DNA of 64,000 nt from Deltaproteobacteria bacterium (lineage in GTDB: Bacteria > Myxococcota_A > Polyangia > Polyangiales > Houyiibacteriaceae), in NCBI GenBank assembly GCA_034670305.1, contig JAXMNT010000006.1, forward strand, positions 1 through 64,000, written 5' to 3'. The notes beneath the pieces are model-generated. The model was not told where the DNA came from. It was given only the letters and a program-made list of their open reading frames with translations, and made no database searches. How positions within the stretch are numbered: the stretch's first letter is position 1; the number at the start of each line of letters is the position of its first letter. Made by a program: the position numbers and the translations under genes. Shown here in pieces: positions 34,785-44,249 of this stretch.

Positions 34785-35158
34785 GGCTCGCTTGGACGGT
34801 TCGGGGTGACACGGAAAGGCGCGGTGGGAAGCCACACAGGTGGTGGGACGGTCCAGAGACCGCCGAATTCCTGAGCGATGCCGCAACCCTGCATCGGATA
34901 GGGCGGCTTACACGAGGGCAGTGGACGGGGCAACAGACCGTTTTCGGTCGGGACATGGGAAAGCGGCCCAAGGGGCCGGGGCAGAACGCCAGGCTCCCCG
35001 AGATCGTCCTACCGGTGCGGCGTCGTTCACATTCCCGTCAACAACCCATCTCGTGGATGATTTCCGGAACGCGGGAGTTTTCTCGCCCGATTGCCGGCGT
35101 CGCAGGGTTTCCGGTCCATTCAGTGGAACGGCCCGCACGGCTTTCCGAACCCTGCTCG

Positions 35159-36163
35159 TCAGAAGCGGCGTTCGAGGGTCAGCTCCGCGGAGAGCAAGGG
35201 CCCAAGCCGTCCAAGATCTTCGCCAGAGGCGTACACGCGGTGGTGGCGCCGGGTCTGGACCAGCCGGCCTTCGACCCCGACCGCCCAGGGCCCCAGGCGG
35301 TGCTGCAGCCCAGTGCCCAGGTAGAACCCCGGTGCGACCCGGCGGGCGCGGGTGCGGGTGTCTTCGTTGGCCTGATGGGTCTCGAGCGGAGGGAGCAGGG
35401 CGCGGCTCCAAGCCAGCGCGAATCCGCCGCCCGCGAACCAGCGGGTGCGTTGACCGATGCCAGCCCGAAGACCGAGTTCGGCGGACCCGAGCGCCACCGT
35501 GCGGTTGCGACCGCCGCGGGCGCCGACCCGCACCGAGAGGTTCGGACGGAGCGCCAGCCGGAGCGACCCACCCGCGACGAGCGCGAATCGATGGGCGCGA
35601 TCGACGAGGGTCCCGGCGCTCAACTGGAGGGTGATGGGGAACGGGCGCGGGGTCGGGGGCTCACCGGCTTTGGCCGGACCTGCGAGTTGTGGGCGAGGCC
35701 GCTGCCACCGCTCCGGTTCGATGGGCTCGTTCTGCGCACGCTCTGCCGCGCCAGGTGGAGAGGCGGGTTCCGCGCACGCCACCCGCAGGTGCGCGTGGAT
35801 GAGTTCGGCGGCCAGCAGCGAGGCGCGACCAGGAGAGGGCGCGGAGGGCAGTTCGAACGTGCGCACGGTCGCATCGCACCGTCTCAGATGCAGCGCGACG
35901 GTGTCGCCCGCCACCACGAGCACCCGGGCGTTCCACTCGTCCAGGCGCGCCTCGACATCGGCCGGCCCCCCCGGGGTCCCCGCCCAGCCCGGCGAGAGTT
36001 CGAGATCCAACATCGCCAACTCGGCGGAGAGCATCTCCGTCCAGGGCGTCTGTTCGCCGACGACGACGATGGTATGCGTGGACGCAGGGGCGGCTTGCCC
36101 GGCAGCGGCGTGCGCCGTGCCGAGCCAGATCAACACCACCGCGGTCAGTCGACGGGCGCCCAC
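35159..36163 (-). CDS. hypothetical exported protein, probable C-terminal beta-barrel
   Basis: Signal peptide VVLIWLGTAHA, Pro-rich linker, Gly/aromatic beta-strands, terminal Phe; start estimated. Confidence 0.6.
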   Translation of the reverse strand: MGARRLTAVVLIWLGTAHAAAGQAAPASTHTIVVVGEQTPWTEMLSAELAMLDLELSPGWAGTPGGPADVEARLDEWNARVLVVAGDTVALHLRRCDATVRTFELPSAPSPGRASLLAAELIHAHLRVACAEPASPPGAAERAQNEPIEPERWQRPRPQLAGPAKAGEPPTPRPFPITLQLSAGTLVDRAHRFALVAGGSLRLALRPNLSVRVGARGGRNRTVALGSAELGLRAGIGQRTRWFAGGGFALAWSRALLPPLETHQANEDTRTRARRVAPGFYLGTGLQHRLGPWAVGVEGRLVQTRRHHRVYASGEDLGRLGPLLSAELTLERRF

Positions 36164-37431
36164 CTGGCTTCCGGACGGCTGGGCACGGTGGCGATCGGTT
36201 CCTCGGGCGAGGTCGCTGGACCCGGGAACGGCGCCGGTGCCGCACGTTCGAGCAGCGCTCGGGCCGCGTCGCTGTGGGCGCCTCGAGGATGCGCATTCAA
36301 GTAGGCGCGCGCGGCACGCCCGGCGGCGATCTCGTTCCCGGCCCGGTCGTAGGCTTCCATGCGGCGTCCCGCGGCGACCGCCGCGTAGGGGCCGGAAGGA
36401 TCTTCGGCGAGCGCGCGCTCGAACCACGCGGCCGCGTCGGCCGGCTGGGAGGCAAGGGCGAGGCGGCCCAGCCGAAACGCAGCCTGCGCAGCTTCGGGGG
36501 TGGCTTCGAATCGGGTTCGAATCGCGGTCAGGGCGACTTGGGCCCGCCGCGGCTGGCGTCCGAGCCGCGCGGTGTCCGCCAGCAAGAGCAGGTCGCCCGC
36601 GGTGCCGGTGGCCAGCTCTCGATCCCAGTTCACTGCCGCGAGCGCTTCGGCGTAGCGGGCTTCGCGCGCCAGATCGCGCCAGTCGATCCGCAGACGGTTG
36701 TTCGGTGTCCGCACGCGCGGCTGCTGCACCGTGCCCTCGATGTCGATCGGATCGAGCTCCCATCCGAGGTGCTCTTCTTCGCTCGGGCCCTGCACGACTT
36801 CCATGCGCCGCTCGGGCAGCTCGACCGTCACGGTCTCGCCGGCTTCCACGGTGCGCCGGGCGATGGTCGGTCCCTCGATCACGACGCGGCCTTCGACGAG
36901 GTGAAGCGCGAAGCGTTCCCCCCGCGGATCCCATGCGACGTCGAACTGCGTGCCGACGACGTGTACGTCGAAGGGTCCAGCGTGCACCCGCCACCTCGTG
37001 CGGGCGTCGTGGTGGACCACCGAGACCCGGGCCGAACCGCGCTGCAGATCGAGCTCCGCGCCTTGGGCCGAGAGCGCCGCGACCCGAACGCCGCTCTGCG
37101 CGGCGACTTCGACCTCCGAGCCATCGCTGAACCCAAGCGTCCGGGCTTCGCCGTCGGCGCCGACCCACGTACCCGCGACGACCGGGGCACCATCCACGCT
37201 CGCGGTGAGGGCATCCGGCGATGGGCCGACGAAGAGCACCCACGCGGCGACCACGGCCGTCGGGAGCGCCAGCCACAACATGGACCAACGCCGCTGGGGC
37301 TTGTGCGCCTTCAGCAGACGGGAGCGCACGTCGTGAAGATCGTTGCGGGCGTCGAGCACCCCGTCTTGCAACGAGGCCACCTCGGCGCCGAGGCGTTCGA
37401 ACGCCTCGGTGTTCGGGTCGAGATCGGTCAC
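36145..37431 (-). CDS. FecR-domain anti-sigma factor with C-terminal TPR
   Basis: TM, FSDGSEV, LQRGSARVSV, VHVVGTQFDV, LVEGRVVI, TPR ending YLNAHPRGAH; GTGA overlap with sigma gene. Confidence 0.88.
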   Translation of the reverse strand: MTDLDPNTEAFERLGAEVASLQDGVLDARNDLHDVRSRLLKAHKPQRRWSMLWLALPTAVVAAWVLFVGPSPDALTASVDGAPVVAGTWVGADGEARTLGFSDGSEVEVAAQSGVRVAALSAQGAELDLQRGSARVSVVHHDARTRWRVHAGPFDVHVVGTQFDVAWDPRGERFALHLVEGRVVIEGPTIARRTVEAGETVTVELPERRMEVVQGPSEEEHLGWELDPIDIEGTVQQPRVRTPNNRLRIDWRDLAREARYAEALAAVNWDRELATGTAGDLLLLADTARLGRQPRRAQVALTAIRTRFEATPEAAQAAFRLGRLALASQPADAAAWFERALAEDPSGPYAAVAAGRRMEAYDRAGNEIAAGRAARAYLNAHPRGAHSDAARALLERAAPAPFPGPATSPEEPIATVPSRPEARWAPVD

Positions 37432-38069
37432 GACGCGTCCTCGGTCCACCGGCTGCGGTCGAGCCAGTCGCGCAACACCGGCTGTGCGCGCGCGAGCACC
37501 ACGAAGCGGTTCTCCGCTTTGGCCAAGTGCCGTTTGATCGTGGCAAGCGACACGTCGCACGCGTCGGCGACCTCGAGCAGCTGCATGCCTTCGAAGTAGC
37601 GCAGCGTGAACGCGAGGCGTTCCTTCTCGGGCATCGCGTCGAGCACCAGCGAGACCGCCTGAAGCGCGGCGCGGCCGGAGACGTCCTGGGTCGCGACCTG
37701 GGTCTCGGGCAGGGTCTCGGGCGCGCCGAAACGCAGCCAGCGTTTGCGGCGGCGTTTGCGGATCACGCCGCGCGCGGTGAAGACCGCCACCCGCACGAGC
37801 CAGCCCTTGAGCTTCTTCGGATCGTCGAGCGATTCCACCGACGCGAACACCTGCGCGAAGGTTTCGTGCAGCACATCGGCCAGTTCGTCGTCCGCGCCGA
37901 GCACCCGCGCCAGCACGCGCCGGAGATAGGGCGCATGGCGGTCGTAGAGCGCGGCTGGTGCTCCGGGTTCACCGCGCCGCAGCGCCTCGACCAGCGCTTC
38001 GTCGTCGCCCGCGAACCCGCCGCGTCCAACGGGACGGACGTCGCCGCCCGATGCTCCGCCTCGCTTCAT
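37428..38069 (-). CDS. ECF RNA polymerase sigma factor
   Basis: LYDRH...DVLHETF...GWLVRVA (region 2), EVADACDVSLATIKRHL (region 4). Confidence 0.92.
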   Translation of the reverse strand: MKRGGASGGDVRPVGRGGFAGDDEALVEALRRGEPGAPAALYDRHAPYLRRVLARVLGADDELADVLHETFAQVFASVESLDDPKKLKGWLVRVAVFTARGVIRKRRRKRWLRFGAPETLPETQVATQDVSGRAALQAVSLVLDAMPEKERLAFTLRYFEGMQLLEVADACDVSLATIKRHLAKAENRFVVLARAQPVLRDWLDRSRWTEDAS

Positions 38070-38170
38070 CGATCGCACGGCTCCCATAGGTTCCGGGAGT
38101 AGAGTGTCATGGGACGCCGCGGGCGGCTCACCTTCGAGCACATGCTTGTGGGAGCTGCATCTACATGTAG

Positions 38171-40264
38171 TCAGAGGCCGGGCACTGGCGCCGGTTCGTT
38201 GCGCATCGCCTCCGGGACGTCGCCGAGCTGGCCGTCGGCCCCTGATCCCCAGCACCAGACGTCGCCGTCGCTGCGAATCGCACAGGAGAACGAGCGCCCG
38301 ACGTCCACCGCGATCGCGTCGTCGATGCCCAGCACCTCGACCGGGCTGCTGCTCGAATCGAAGCTTCCATCGCCCAGCTGTCCCACGTCGTTCGAGCCCC
38401 AGCAGGAGACCGCGCCGCCACTGAGCGCGCAGGCGTGACTGAATCCGATGGCGATGTCCTCGACGTCTTCCAGCGTGCCGACTCGCGCAGGGGTGCGCGC
38501 GGGCGAGGTGGTGTTCCCGCGACCGAGCTGTCCGTCCGCATTGTTTCCCCAGCAGTACGCGCGGCCGTCCATGCGGATGCCGCAGCTCGTGGAGTGCCCG
38601 AGCGAGAGCTCGACGAACCGGTGCCCACCCGCGACGTCGCGGTAGCTGGTGCTGCGGGTTCCGGTGAAGCCCGGGTCACCGAGTTCGCCGAGCCGGTTGC
38701 TGCCGAGACAGTGTGCAGCGCCGGTCAGGTCGAGCGTGCACGTGTGATCGTTGCCCGCGAAGACTTGGTCCACCGGACCGAAGGCGCTCGGCATCGAGTA
38801 CGGGTCGGGGCTCGAGTCGTCCGTGCCAAAGTTCGCGCCTTCGCCCCAGCACAACCCTGCTTGCGGAGACAAACCGCTGACCTTGCGGATGCAGGCATGC
38901 CCCCCTCCGACGGTCAACCGCTCGACGGGATCGGTGGTGTCGTCGACGGTGGGTGGGATGCCGCGGACGGCGGTCGGACGAACTTCGATCGCGTAGTTCA
39001 TGTTGTTCCCCATCTGCCCGCCGCGGTTGCAGCCCCAACACTGAACGAGCCGTCCATCAAAGGCGCACGCGAATGGGCACTCGGGGTGAAACGTGGTGAC
39101 CGGCAGGCCGAGCGAACCTTCGACGTCCAGCGCCCGCACTCCGGTCGCCACTGGGGTCCGGCGGTCGATCGTGGTCCCATCGCCGAGTTGACCGAAGTCG
39201 TTGCGGCCCCAGCAGACCACCGGACCGGGTTCGTCGACCGTGCCTCGCCGCGCGCAGCCGAAGCCGTGGCCGAGGCCGATGTCGACCACTCCGTCGCACA
39301 TGCCCGCCGTGCAGACCCCTGCCACCCCGCAGAGACTTCCGCAGGCGCCGCAGTGGTTCACGTCCGCCCGCGTGTCGACCTCGCATCCGTCGCTGCGTTC
39401 GCCGTTGCAGTTGGCGAACCCGTCCGCGCACGCGGGGATGGTGCAGTCGCCCGCGTCGCACGCGAAGAACGTGTTGGGCGGTGACCCGAAGCGCGCCGTG
39501 CAGGTCAGCGCGGTGGTCTCCGGGTCGTCGGTGATGCCGTTGCAGTCGTTGTCGAGCCCGTCGCACTGCTCGAGGGCGCTCGGGTTGATCGCAGCAACCT
39601 CGTCGTCGCAGTCCCGGTCGTTGTCGGAGATCCCATCCATGCGGAAACACGCGAGCATGACGGGGCTGTCCGCCGCGCCGAATCCGTCCCCGTCCTCGTC
39701 CACGAAGAACTGCCGGAGCACGCCCTCGTCCACGCCGCCGTCGCAGTCGTCGTCGATGTCGTTGCACAGCTCGGCCGCGTCGGGGCGCACGGCCGGATCG
39801 CTGTCGTCGCAGTCCGGTCCGCAGTCGGCGCCGTTGCAGCACATCGCGTCCTCGAACCCGTCGCCGTCTGCGTCGCGGCCGCCGAGCGTGGTCGGGTCGC
39901 AGTCTTGATCGACCAGGTCGCAGACCTCGGTGTTGCCGGGGAAGCGGTCCGCGTCGGCGTCGTCGCAGTCGGCGCCGCCGCAGAGCGCGGACTCCACGCC
40001 GTCTTCGTCCGCGTCGGGGAAGTCGCAGCCCGGCGACTCGCAGCGGTCCATGGACTCGTTGCAGAGCAACACGCCGGTGCATGGCGGTGCGCCAGGGCTG
40101 CAGGCGCCGGCGATGCACGCTTCGGTGCCGTTGCAGAACAGGCCGTCGTCGCAGCTGGTGGGATCACAGCCGCCGCCGTCGAACGTCGTCCCGTCGTCGT
40201 CGCCGCCACACGCGAGCCCGCACGAGACGGCCACAACAAAAAACCCCACCCACCGCCAGTGCAT
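38171..40264 (-). CDS. surface lipoprotein with MopE-like (DxDGDG...DCDD) repeats and RCC1-like repeats
   Basis: Lipobox GLA-C; repeated DADGDG...DCDD...P...ELCNxIDDDCDG; repeated CWGxNxxGQLGDG. Confidence 0.9.
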   Translation of the reverse strand: MHWRWVGFFVVAVSCGLACGGDDDGTTFDGGGCDPTSCDDGLFCNGTEACIAGACSPGAPPCTGVLLCNESMDRCESPGCDFPDADEDGVESALCGGADCDDADADRFPGNTEVCDLVDQDCDPTTLGGRDADGDGFEDAMCCNGADCGPDCDDSDPAVRPDAAELCNDIDDDCDGGVDEGVLRQFFVDEDGDGFGAADSPVMLACFRMDGISDNDRDCDDEVAAINPSALEQCDGLDNDCNGITDDPETTALTCTARFGSPPNTFFACDAGDCTIPACADGFANCNGERSDGCEVDTRADVNHCGACGSLCGVAGVCTAGMCDGVVDIGLGHGFGCARRGTVDEPGPVVCWGRNDFGQLGDGTTIDRRTPVATGVRALDVEGSLGLPVTTFHPECPFACAFDGRLVQCWGCNRGGQMGNNMNYAIEVRPTAVRGIPPTVDDTTDPVERLTVGGGHACIRKVSGLSPQAGLCWGEGANFGTDDSSPDPYSMPSAFGPVDQVFAGNDHTCTLDLTGAAHCLGSNRLGELGDPGFTGTRSTSYRDVAGGHRFVELSLGHSTSCGIRMDGRAYCWGNNADGQLGRGNTTSPARTPARVGTLEDVEDIAIGFSHACALSGGAVSCWGSNDVGQLGDGSFDSSSSPVEVLGIDDAIAVDVGRSFSCAIRSDGDVWCWGSGADGQLGDVPEAMRNEPAPVPGL

Positions 40265-40294
40265 GTCGGGGAGGGTACGAAGAAGTGCTGGGGA

Positions 40295-40390
40295 AGCGAA
40301 GCGGAAGCCGAAGGGGCCGAGGGCCGACGACGAGGCCAGCGATGGCCGATGCCGGTGGCGATGCCGATGGCCGATGGCCGATGGCGATGG
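40295..40390. repeat. degenerate short tandem repeats (GAAGCG/GAAGCC and GATGGCC) in a divergent intergenic region
   Basis: gaagcgaagcggaagccgaag and gatggccgatgccggtggcgatgccgatggccgatggccgatggcgatgg. Confidence 0.6.
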
Positions 40391-40436
40391 ACGCCGAGGC
40401 TTGACAGCGCTCTCGGCCGCCCCGTACGGAGACGGT

Positions 40437-41744
40437 ATGGACGAAGTCTCTGCCAAGTTGTTCGAACGCGCATGCAAACACATTCCTGGCGGGGTGAACT
40501 CGCCCGTGCGGGCGTTCAGCTCGGTGGGCGGAAAGCCCATCTTCATCCGGTCCGCCCGCGGCGCGATGATGGTGGGTGCGGACGGACGCGGGTACGTGGA
40601 CTACGTCGGGTCGTGGGGACCGATGGTGGTGGGCCACGCGCACCCGCAGGTGGTCGCGGCGATCACCGAAGCGGCCGCCCGAGGCACGAGCTACGGCGCG
40701 CCGACCGAAGGCGAGATCACGCTCGCCGAAGAGATCCAGGACGCGTACCCCCACATGGAGATGAGCCGACTGGTCTCGTCCGGGACCGAAGCCACGATGG
40801 GTGCGCTGCGCCTGGCCCGAGGCGCGACCGGGCGCGACCTCATCGTGAAATGCGAGGGCGGCTACCACGGCGGCGCGGACTACTTGTTGGTCAAAGCGGG
40901 CAGCGGCGCGGCGACCCTGGGCACACCGAGCAGCGCGGGCGTGCCCGCCGCGATCGCAGGCACCACCGCAGTCACGCCGTTCAACGATCTCGACGCGGCC
41001 AAGAAGCTCTTCGCGGAGCGCGGTTCCGAGATCGCCGCGTTCATCGTCGAGCCGGTCGCCGGCAACATGGGTTGTGTGCCGCCCGCCAAGGGGTGGCTCG
41101 AGGGTCTGCGCGCGCTCTGCACCGAGCATGGCGCACTCTTGATCTTCGACGAGGTCATGACCGGATTCCGGGTCGCGTACGGCGGCGCCCAAGAACGCTA
41201 TGGGGTCACGCCCGACCTGACCTGCCTCGGCAAGATCGTCGGCGGCGGACTCCCGGTCGGCGCGTACGGCGGCCCCAAGAAGATCATGAGCCACGTGGCG
41301 CCGCTCGGTCCGGTCTACCAGGCCGGGACGTTGAGCGGGAACCCGCTGGCGGTCGCGGCCGGCCGCGCGACGCTGGCGCTGCTGCGCACCGACGAGGCGT
41401 ACGAGAAACTCGAGGCGATCGGCGCGCGCGTCGAAGAAGAGATCCTGAACGCCGCGGGCGCCGCGAAGGTCACCTGCACGGTCCAGCGGGTGGGCGCAAT
41501 GGTCACGTGTTTCTTCCGAGAGGGTGCAGTCACCCGCTGGGAGGACGCGGACGGCTGCAACCGCGAAGCGTTCGGTGCTTGGCATGGGGCCCTGTTGGAG
41601 AACGGTGTCTACTGGCCACCCAGCCAGTTCGAAGCCGCGTTCCCCTCGTTGGCGCACGACGAAGAGAGCCTGCTCATGACCCGCAAAGCGATGAAGGCGG
41701 CCTTCCAGGTGGTGGCCGCCGGCGGGTGGACGAGCGGAGGCTGA
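40437..41744 (+). CDS. hemL: glutamate-1-semialdehyde 2,1-aminomutase
   Basis: IPGGVNSPVRAF, DYVGSWGP, SGTEATM, FDEVMTGFRV, GKIVGGGLPVGAYGG, YQAGTLSGNP. Confidence 0.97.
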   Translation: MDEVSAKLFERACKHIPGGVNSPVRAFSSVGGKPIFIRSARGAMMVGADGRGYVDYVGSWGPMVVGHAHPQVVAAITEAAARGTSYGAPTEGEITLAEEIQDAYPHMEMSRLVSSGTEATMGALRLARGATGRDLIVKCEGGYHGGADYLLVKAGSGAATLGTPSSAGVPAAIAGTTAVTPFNDLDAAKKLFAERGSEIAAFIVEPVAGNMGCVPPAKGWLEGLRALCTEHGALLIFDEVMTGFRVAYGGAQERYGVTPDLTCLGKIVGGGLPVGAYGGPKKIMSHVAPLGPVYQAGTLSGNPLAVAAGRATLALLRTDEAYEKLEAIGARVEEEILNAAGAAKVTCTVQRVGAMVTCFFREGAVTRWEDADGCNREAFGAWHGALLENGVYWPPSQFEAAFPSLAHDEESLLMTRKAMKAAFQVVAAGGWTSGG

Positions 41745-41801
41745 ATCACGGCTCTGAGCGAATGGTCTGAACGAATGGTCAGGCCCAGGCCCATTCGGGT
41801 G

Positions 41802-41920
41802 CTTGCCCGTTCCTTGCCCGTGCCCTTGCCCTTCGTTCCCGATCCGCCGCCGAAGCCGATCCCGAAGCCGATCCCGAAGCCGATCCCGAAGCCGACGCCG
41901 AAGCCGACGCGCCGAAGCCG
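41802..41920 (-). repeat. hexamer array plus GGGCAA motif (reverse orientation)
   Basis: CTTGCCCGTGCCCTTGCCC followed by (CCGAAG/CCGATC/CCGACG)n on the + strand. Confidence 0.9.
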
Positions 41921-41954
41921 CCGCCGCCCCCGCTCGTTCAAACGCCTTCCGCGC

Positions 41955-41983
41955 TTGACTGCGCTCCGGACCAATACTAAACC
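41955..41983 (+). promoter_or_regulatory. candidate sigma70 promoter of rpsT
   Basis: TTGACT-N17-TAAACC about 50 nt upstream of the ATG; GAGG RBS present. Confidence 0.5.
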
Positions 41984-42034
41984 GCCGCTCCCTACGGGAT
42001 TTTTCCCGACGTTCGAGGATATTCGAGGAATCTC

Positions 42035-42298
42035 ATGGCCAACCATGCCAGCGCCAAGAAGCGCATCCGCCAGACCAAGAAGCGCACCGCGCGCAACAAG
42101 CACGTCCGCAGCACCGTTCGGGGCTTCGTGAAGGCCGTGCGCGAAGCCATCAGCGAGGGCGACGCCGCCGCCGCCAAGGCCGCACTTCCGGCCGCGCTTC
42201 GCCGCATCGACATGGCCGTCAGCAAGGGCGTCTTCCATCGCAAGACCGGCAGCCGCTACATCTCGCGCCTGGCCAGCCAGGTCGCCGCGCTCAAGTAG
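42035..42298 (+). CDS. rpsT: 30S ribosomal protein S20
   Basis: MANHASAKKRIRQ...KGVFHRKTGSRYISRL. Confidence 0.98.
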   Translation: MANHASAKKRIRQTKKRTARNKHVRSTVRGFVKAVREAISEGDAAAAKAALPAALRRIDMAVSKGVFHRKTGSRYISRLASQVAALK

Positions 42299-42471
42299 TC
42301 CGCGACCCCAGTCGACTTCCTCTTCGCCCGGTCTGCCCCGCAGTCCGGGCGTCGACGCGTCCGGTGTAGGCATACCCTACGTGTACCCACGTGGGCACCA
42401 AGTGCACCCGTCGGTTGAATGAAGACCTGGATCGCGGCCTCGCCGTCGCGAAACACACGGCGTCCACGACG

Positions 42472-42510
42472 CGGGCAAGGGCACGGGCAAGGGCAACGGC
42501 AAGGGAGCAG
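42472..42510 (+). repeat. stand-alone GGGCAA motif copy
   Basis: GGGCAAGGGCACGGGCAAGGGCAACGGCAAGGG between convergent rpsT and holA. Confidence 0.9.
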
Positions 42511-42529
42511 GTCGCTTTTCAGCGACCTG

Positions 42530-43516
42530 CTAGCGGCAGAGGCGCAGGACGGTGTCGAGCAGGATGACGTCGTCCGGCGCTTTGCTGCCTTTGAGCAGCA
42601 TGTCCGCTTCGGCGATCGTGGTGAACGCGCTCGTCAGCTTGGGCAGCGAGAACTGTTTGGCGGCGAGGCGGAGCTCCCGCGCCTTGAACGGTGGCGCACC
42701 GGCGGCGCGCGCGGCGTCGGCGTCGGAGGCCCCTTTGGCGAGCGCCTCGCGCATCTTGGCGACCATTCTCAACTGGCGGGCGAGCATGAAGACGATCCGG
42801 AGCGCGGGCTCTCGGTTGGCCAGCAGCGCGTTCGCGGCCTTCGTGGCGCGCCCCGCGTCCCGCCCGCTGACCGCGTCGACGAGTGCCCAGATCGAGTCGC
42901 TCGGGACCCGCGTGATGCAAGTGTCCACTGCAGTCTGATCGATGCGCCCTTCGGGTCCCACGTAGAGTGAAAGCCGCTCGAGCGCGTCGTCGATCGCCGC
43001 CAGATCTTCGCCGACCGCGTCGACGATGGAGCGCGCGGCACTCGGTGCGATCGCGTGACCGCGCGACTTGGACTCGGTGACGGCGAGCTTCTCGAGTTGG
43101 TGGCCCTTGAGACGTTTGGCATCGAAGCGGTGGGCCTTGGCGGCGCGCCCAAACTTTGTATTGCCCGGGATCTTGTCGGCGGTGACCACGAAGCACGTAC
43201 TCGGGTTCGGATCCTTGAAGTACCCGACCAGCGGCGCGTGCGCGTCCGCGTTCATCGCTTCGGCGTGGCGCACCAGGATGAAGCGCTTGTCGGCCATCAT
43301 CGGCAGCGTGGTGGCCGCCGAGACGATCTTGTTTCCGTCGAGTCCCTTCGCCCCGTGGAAGACGTCCTCGTTGAAGCCGGCGATGCCCTCACCGACCGTC
43401 GCCGCCCGCAGCATCTTCACCGCGCGGTCGATCAGGAACGTCTCGTCGCCGACGAAGACGTACACCGGACGCACGGTCCCCTTGCGCACCTCATCGATCG
43501 CTTCGAGCACGTCCAT
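42530..43516 (-). CDS. holA: DNA polymerase III subunit delta
   Basis: PVYVFVGDETFLI, TLPMMADKRFILV, LERLSLY, IWALVDAV, ADMLLKGS; next to rpsT as commonly seen. Confidence 0.93.
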   Translation of the reverse strand: MDVLEAIDEVRKGTVRPVYVFVGDETFLIDRAVKMLRAATVGEGIAGFNEDVFHGAKGLDGNKIVSAATTLPMMADKRFILVRHAEAMNADAHAPLVGYFKDPNPSTCFVVTADKIPGNTKFGRAAKAHRFDAKRLKGHQLEKLAVTESKSRGHAIAPSAARSIVDAVGEDLAAIDDALERLSLYVGPEGRIDQTAVDTCITRVPSDSIWALVDAVSGRDAGRATKAANALLANREPALRIVFMLARQLRMVAKMREALAKGASDADAARAAGAPPFKARELRLAAKQFSLPKLTSAFTTIAEADMLLKGSKAPDDVILLDTVLRLCR

Positions 43517-43549
43517 GTTGCGAAGTACGGGCGCCGAGGCGCCCCGTGA

Positions 43550-44098
43550 TCAATCGAAGGAGACGACGCCCGAGTTCTGGATGACTTCGCCGCGGGTCTC
43601 GAAGCGAGCGCGTCCGACCTCGTTGCGGCGCACGACGACGACGAGCTCCATGCGGTGGTTCGGCTCGAAGCGCGGGCGCTCGAGGTTGATGCGTCGAACG
43701 AAGGTCTTCTCGTCGCGGTTGTTGATGAAGGTGCTCAGTGGCGGCTCGATGAATCGGCGCGCGCCGTCTTCCAGATCGTAGAAGAGCACCTGGTACTCGA
43801 GGTCGCCCGGGGAGCGGTTGAACGCCGTGACCATCTCGGCCCGCCAGGTGCGCTCCGCGATGGGACCGGAGGTCTCCTGAAGTCGGCGGGCGTTGTGGCT
43901 CCGAGCAAATCGGATGAGGCCACGCTCGGTGACGTTCCGCGGGATGCGGGCCTGGGTGAGGTAGATCTGCGCGCGCAGCCGCTGCGCTTCGGCCGGTCCT
44001 TCGAGGATGACGCCTGCGCCTATGAGGAGCGCGAGGGCCGTTCCCACGATGGTCCCTGTGCCGTGCCGTTTCTTCTGCGATCCCTGCCTCAACGTCAT
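43550..44098 (-). CDS. hypothetical exported protein
   Basis: Signal peptide ending PAEA; beta-rich mature part; GC-typical codon usage. Confidence 0.7.
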   Translation of the reverse strand: MTLRQGSQKKRHGTGTIVGTALALLIGAGVILEGPAEAQRLRAQIYLTQARIPRNVTERGLIRFARSHNARRLQETSGPIAERTWRAEMVTAFNRSPGDLEYQVLFYDLEDGARRFIEPPLSTFINNRDEKTFVRRINLERPRFEPNHRMELVVVVRRNEVGRARFETRGEVIQNSGVVSFD

Positions 44099-44249
44099 TC
44101 GTCCGCCTCGTCCATTCTGAACGCCCACACCGCATCAGCGCGAGCCGCGCAAGACTACCAGAGGCAGCCCACCACCGACCACCTCGGGCCGCAACGCGAT
44201 CCGATGGACCGGGCACGACCGCCGTTGGACGCAGTGTCCGGAACTTGAT

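Noticed and set aside
34790-35158. 370-bp intergenic region upstream of moxR as a possible sRNA
   Set aside because: Only a short GACCG-TTTT-CGGTC hairpin is visible; not enough support.
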